A stretch of 64,000 nt of DNA from assembly GCF_009914755.1 (NCBI RefSeq), contig NC_060942.1. One strand, written 5' to 3'. Below, one piece after another: positions 61,897-64,000 of the stretch (the first letter of the stretch is position 1; each line of letters opens with the position of its first letter). The translations under genes and the position numbers were made by a program. The notes under the pieces were generated by a model. That model was not told where the DNA came from, made no database searches, and was given only the letters and a program-made list of their open reading frames with translations. Source of the stretch: the human T2T-CHM13v2.0 reference genome, Homo sapiens.

Positions 61897-63519
61897 GGAA
61901 GTTTTTTACATAACTGAAAATAGTCTTACCGTATGATCCAGCAATTACACTCCTAGGTTGTTACTCAATTGATATGAAAAATTTCTCCACATAAAAACTT
62001 GCATATAAATGTGAATAGCAGCTTTATTCTTAATTTACATGTATATCTAATTTGAATATTTATGAGTATTATAAATATTACAGATATTCATATTATAACT
62101 GAATGTTCATAATTTATTCCCATTGCCAAAAACTAAAAGCAACCAAACTGCACTTCCGTAGGTATAAATAAACAATGGTACTGCCATACAATGAAATAGC
62201 ACTTAGTGATAAAAAGAAACAGGTTATTGAAATGCAAAGTGTCACAAGTAAATTTTACATGTATATTGCTAAGTGAGAGAAGCTGATGTAAAAATGTTAC
62301 ATGGCATATGATTACAGTTATATGACATTCTGAAAAAATCAAAACTGTAAAGGCAATTAAAAAATTAGTGATTGCCAGAGGTTTGGGTGTGAAATGTGCT
62401 GGTCGAGTAGGCAAACATAAGCGGATTTTAGGATGTTAACCTATTTGTATTATATTGTAATTGTAGATATAGTTTTGTACTTGTCAAAGCTAATTGAACT
62501 CCACAGCACAAAGAGTGAACTTTAATGTATATATATCTGTAAAATAGACAATCTGAAGAATCCCAAAATGGAATGCAATGTGTGACAAGAAAATCTAACT
62601 ATAATATAAATAGGTGATACAACCTCAGTGAAGGAGATGGGGGAAAATGTGCTGATTGAAGTGATTTTGGAAATGAGTCTGCAAGATTAAGGACAAAAGA
62701 GGAACATGAAATCACTGCGCTCTACTTGCTAAAGTTGCTTCATAGAGGAGTAAGGGTCAATAATTGTGTATATATATATTTATATATATCTCAAAATTGT
62801 TGATAAATATAAATATAATATATGCTAAAAATGGAACAATGAAGCACATGAAAGAATGATGGTGAGAGCCAGATTTCTCACTGTTGGAAAGGGAATTTAC
62901 AGACAAGCAAAAAGAGGAGGCTATAATTATCTACATGATAATGCAGTAAAGTTGGCAGCACCAGTATAAATTCATGTTTAGCTTAAGATAGATACAAATA
63001 ATTACATATGGAAATATTTGTAGATACATGTATATACACTGCTAAGTATACTCACATATATTTCCTTCCTCTTTCAGCTGAAGGCCTAAAAGCAACTGCA
63101 CCAAAATAGCAACTAGCACACTTAGGGTCCAGCCATTGGTTTCTAATAACATTCTCCAATAAAAGAAACCACTTATTGGAGAAGTGCCGTTCTAGAACTG
63201 AGACAGACAACACACAAGCTGAGCCTGGAGCATCTTAATAGTAACAAAATTATAAGGAAGTGTTAACAAACACAAAACCCACAAAAACTCCACAATAATG
63301 AGGCTATATAGAAGGAGCAAAGGGGACATCTGAAAGAGCCCTCAATGCCAAAACTGAAACACTTTCAGCAACAAAATAAATACTGTAAATGAATAACAAC
63401 TCAAATTATAAAATAATCATCCACCAGTGCAAATGATGTAAGTAAGTTATTAAAAAAATAAATGAAAAGGCAAACAGGAAGTAAAGCCACAGATAAAGGA
63501 AGAATACAGCTAAGAGCTA

Positions 63520-63715
63520 TAGTGGGGAAATGGGGTATTACTGTGTAGTTGGCACAGATAGATATAATGAGTTTAATGGATATAGAGCTTAGATATGAAA
63601 AGTGTTCTGGAGATTGGCTGCACAACCGTGAGAACATACCTAATACCACTGAACTGTACACTTATAAATGATTAAATGGTACATTTTATACAATGTATAT
63701 TTTATCACACTAAAA
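63520..63715 (+). mobile_element. L1MB3-like 3' end fragment
   Basis: gttctggagattggctgcacaac...taataccactgaactgtacactta. Confidence 0.75.
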
Positions 63716-63738
63716 TTATTACTACACTAAAAATATAA

Positions 63739-64000
<262 letters not shown>

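Larger units (their letters stand above)
54280..63400 (+). mobile_element. Ancient L1MC-like element (5' region, ORF1, ORF2, 3' region) fragmented by nested LTRs
   Basis: L1MCa-like 5' motif gaatccagagtcacagctgagatctgctt. ORF1 relic ~56560-57160 (RKIIFKLQETKDKEK). ORF2 relic ~57170-59195 (gatgcagaaaaagca, NSKWITEL, ILEENIGENL) resuming at ~61897. L1MC 3' motifs to ~63400. Confidence 0.8.

Overview
AT-rich, CpG-poor primate genomic DNA, almost certainly human: a near-consensus AluYa5, a human-specific subfamily, sits at 45110-45429. It looks intronic or intergenic. I recognise no intact host protein-coding gene, RNA gene, CpG island or prokaryotic-type system, and nearly all of the ORF track is repeat-derived or chance. 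The window is dominated by transposon fossils: 16 Alus, a 5'-truncated disabled L1PA2, a full-length disabled Hsmar1 mariner, two 5'-inverted L1 fragments, THE1/MST/MLT MaLR elements, ERV solo LTRs, and a ~9 kb ancient L1MC carrying nested LTR insertions. The best feature not visible in the ORF track is an ancient intronless KRAB zinc-finger retrocopy at ~36.1-37.3 kb. The other findings are small mechanistic scars (twin priming, template-switch micro-inversions, microsatellite birth in a TSD, a perfect palindrome) and a few low-confidence candidate exons. I found no evidence for a new biological system. Subfamily calls come from remembered consensus motifs and need RepeatMasker/Dfam confirmation.
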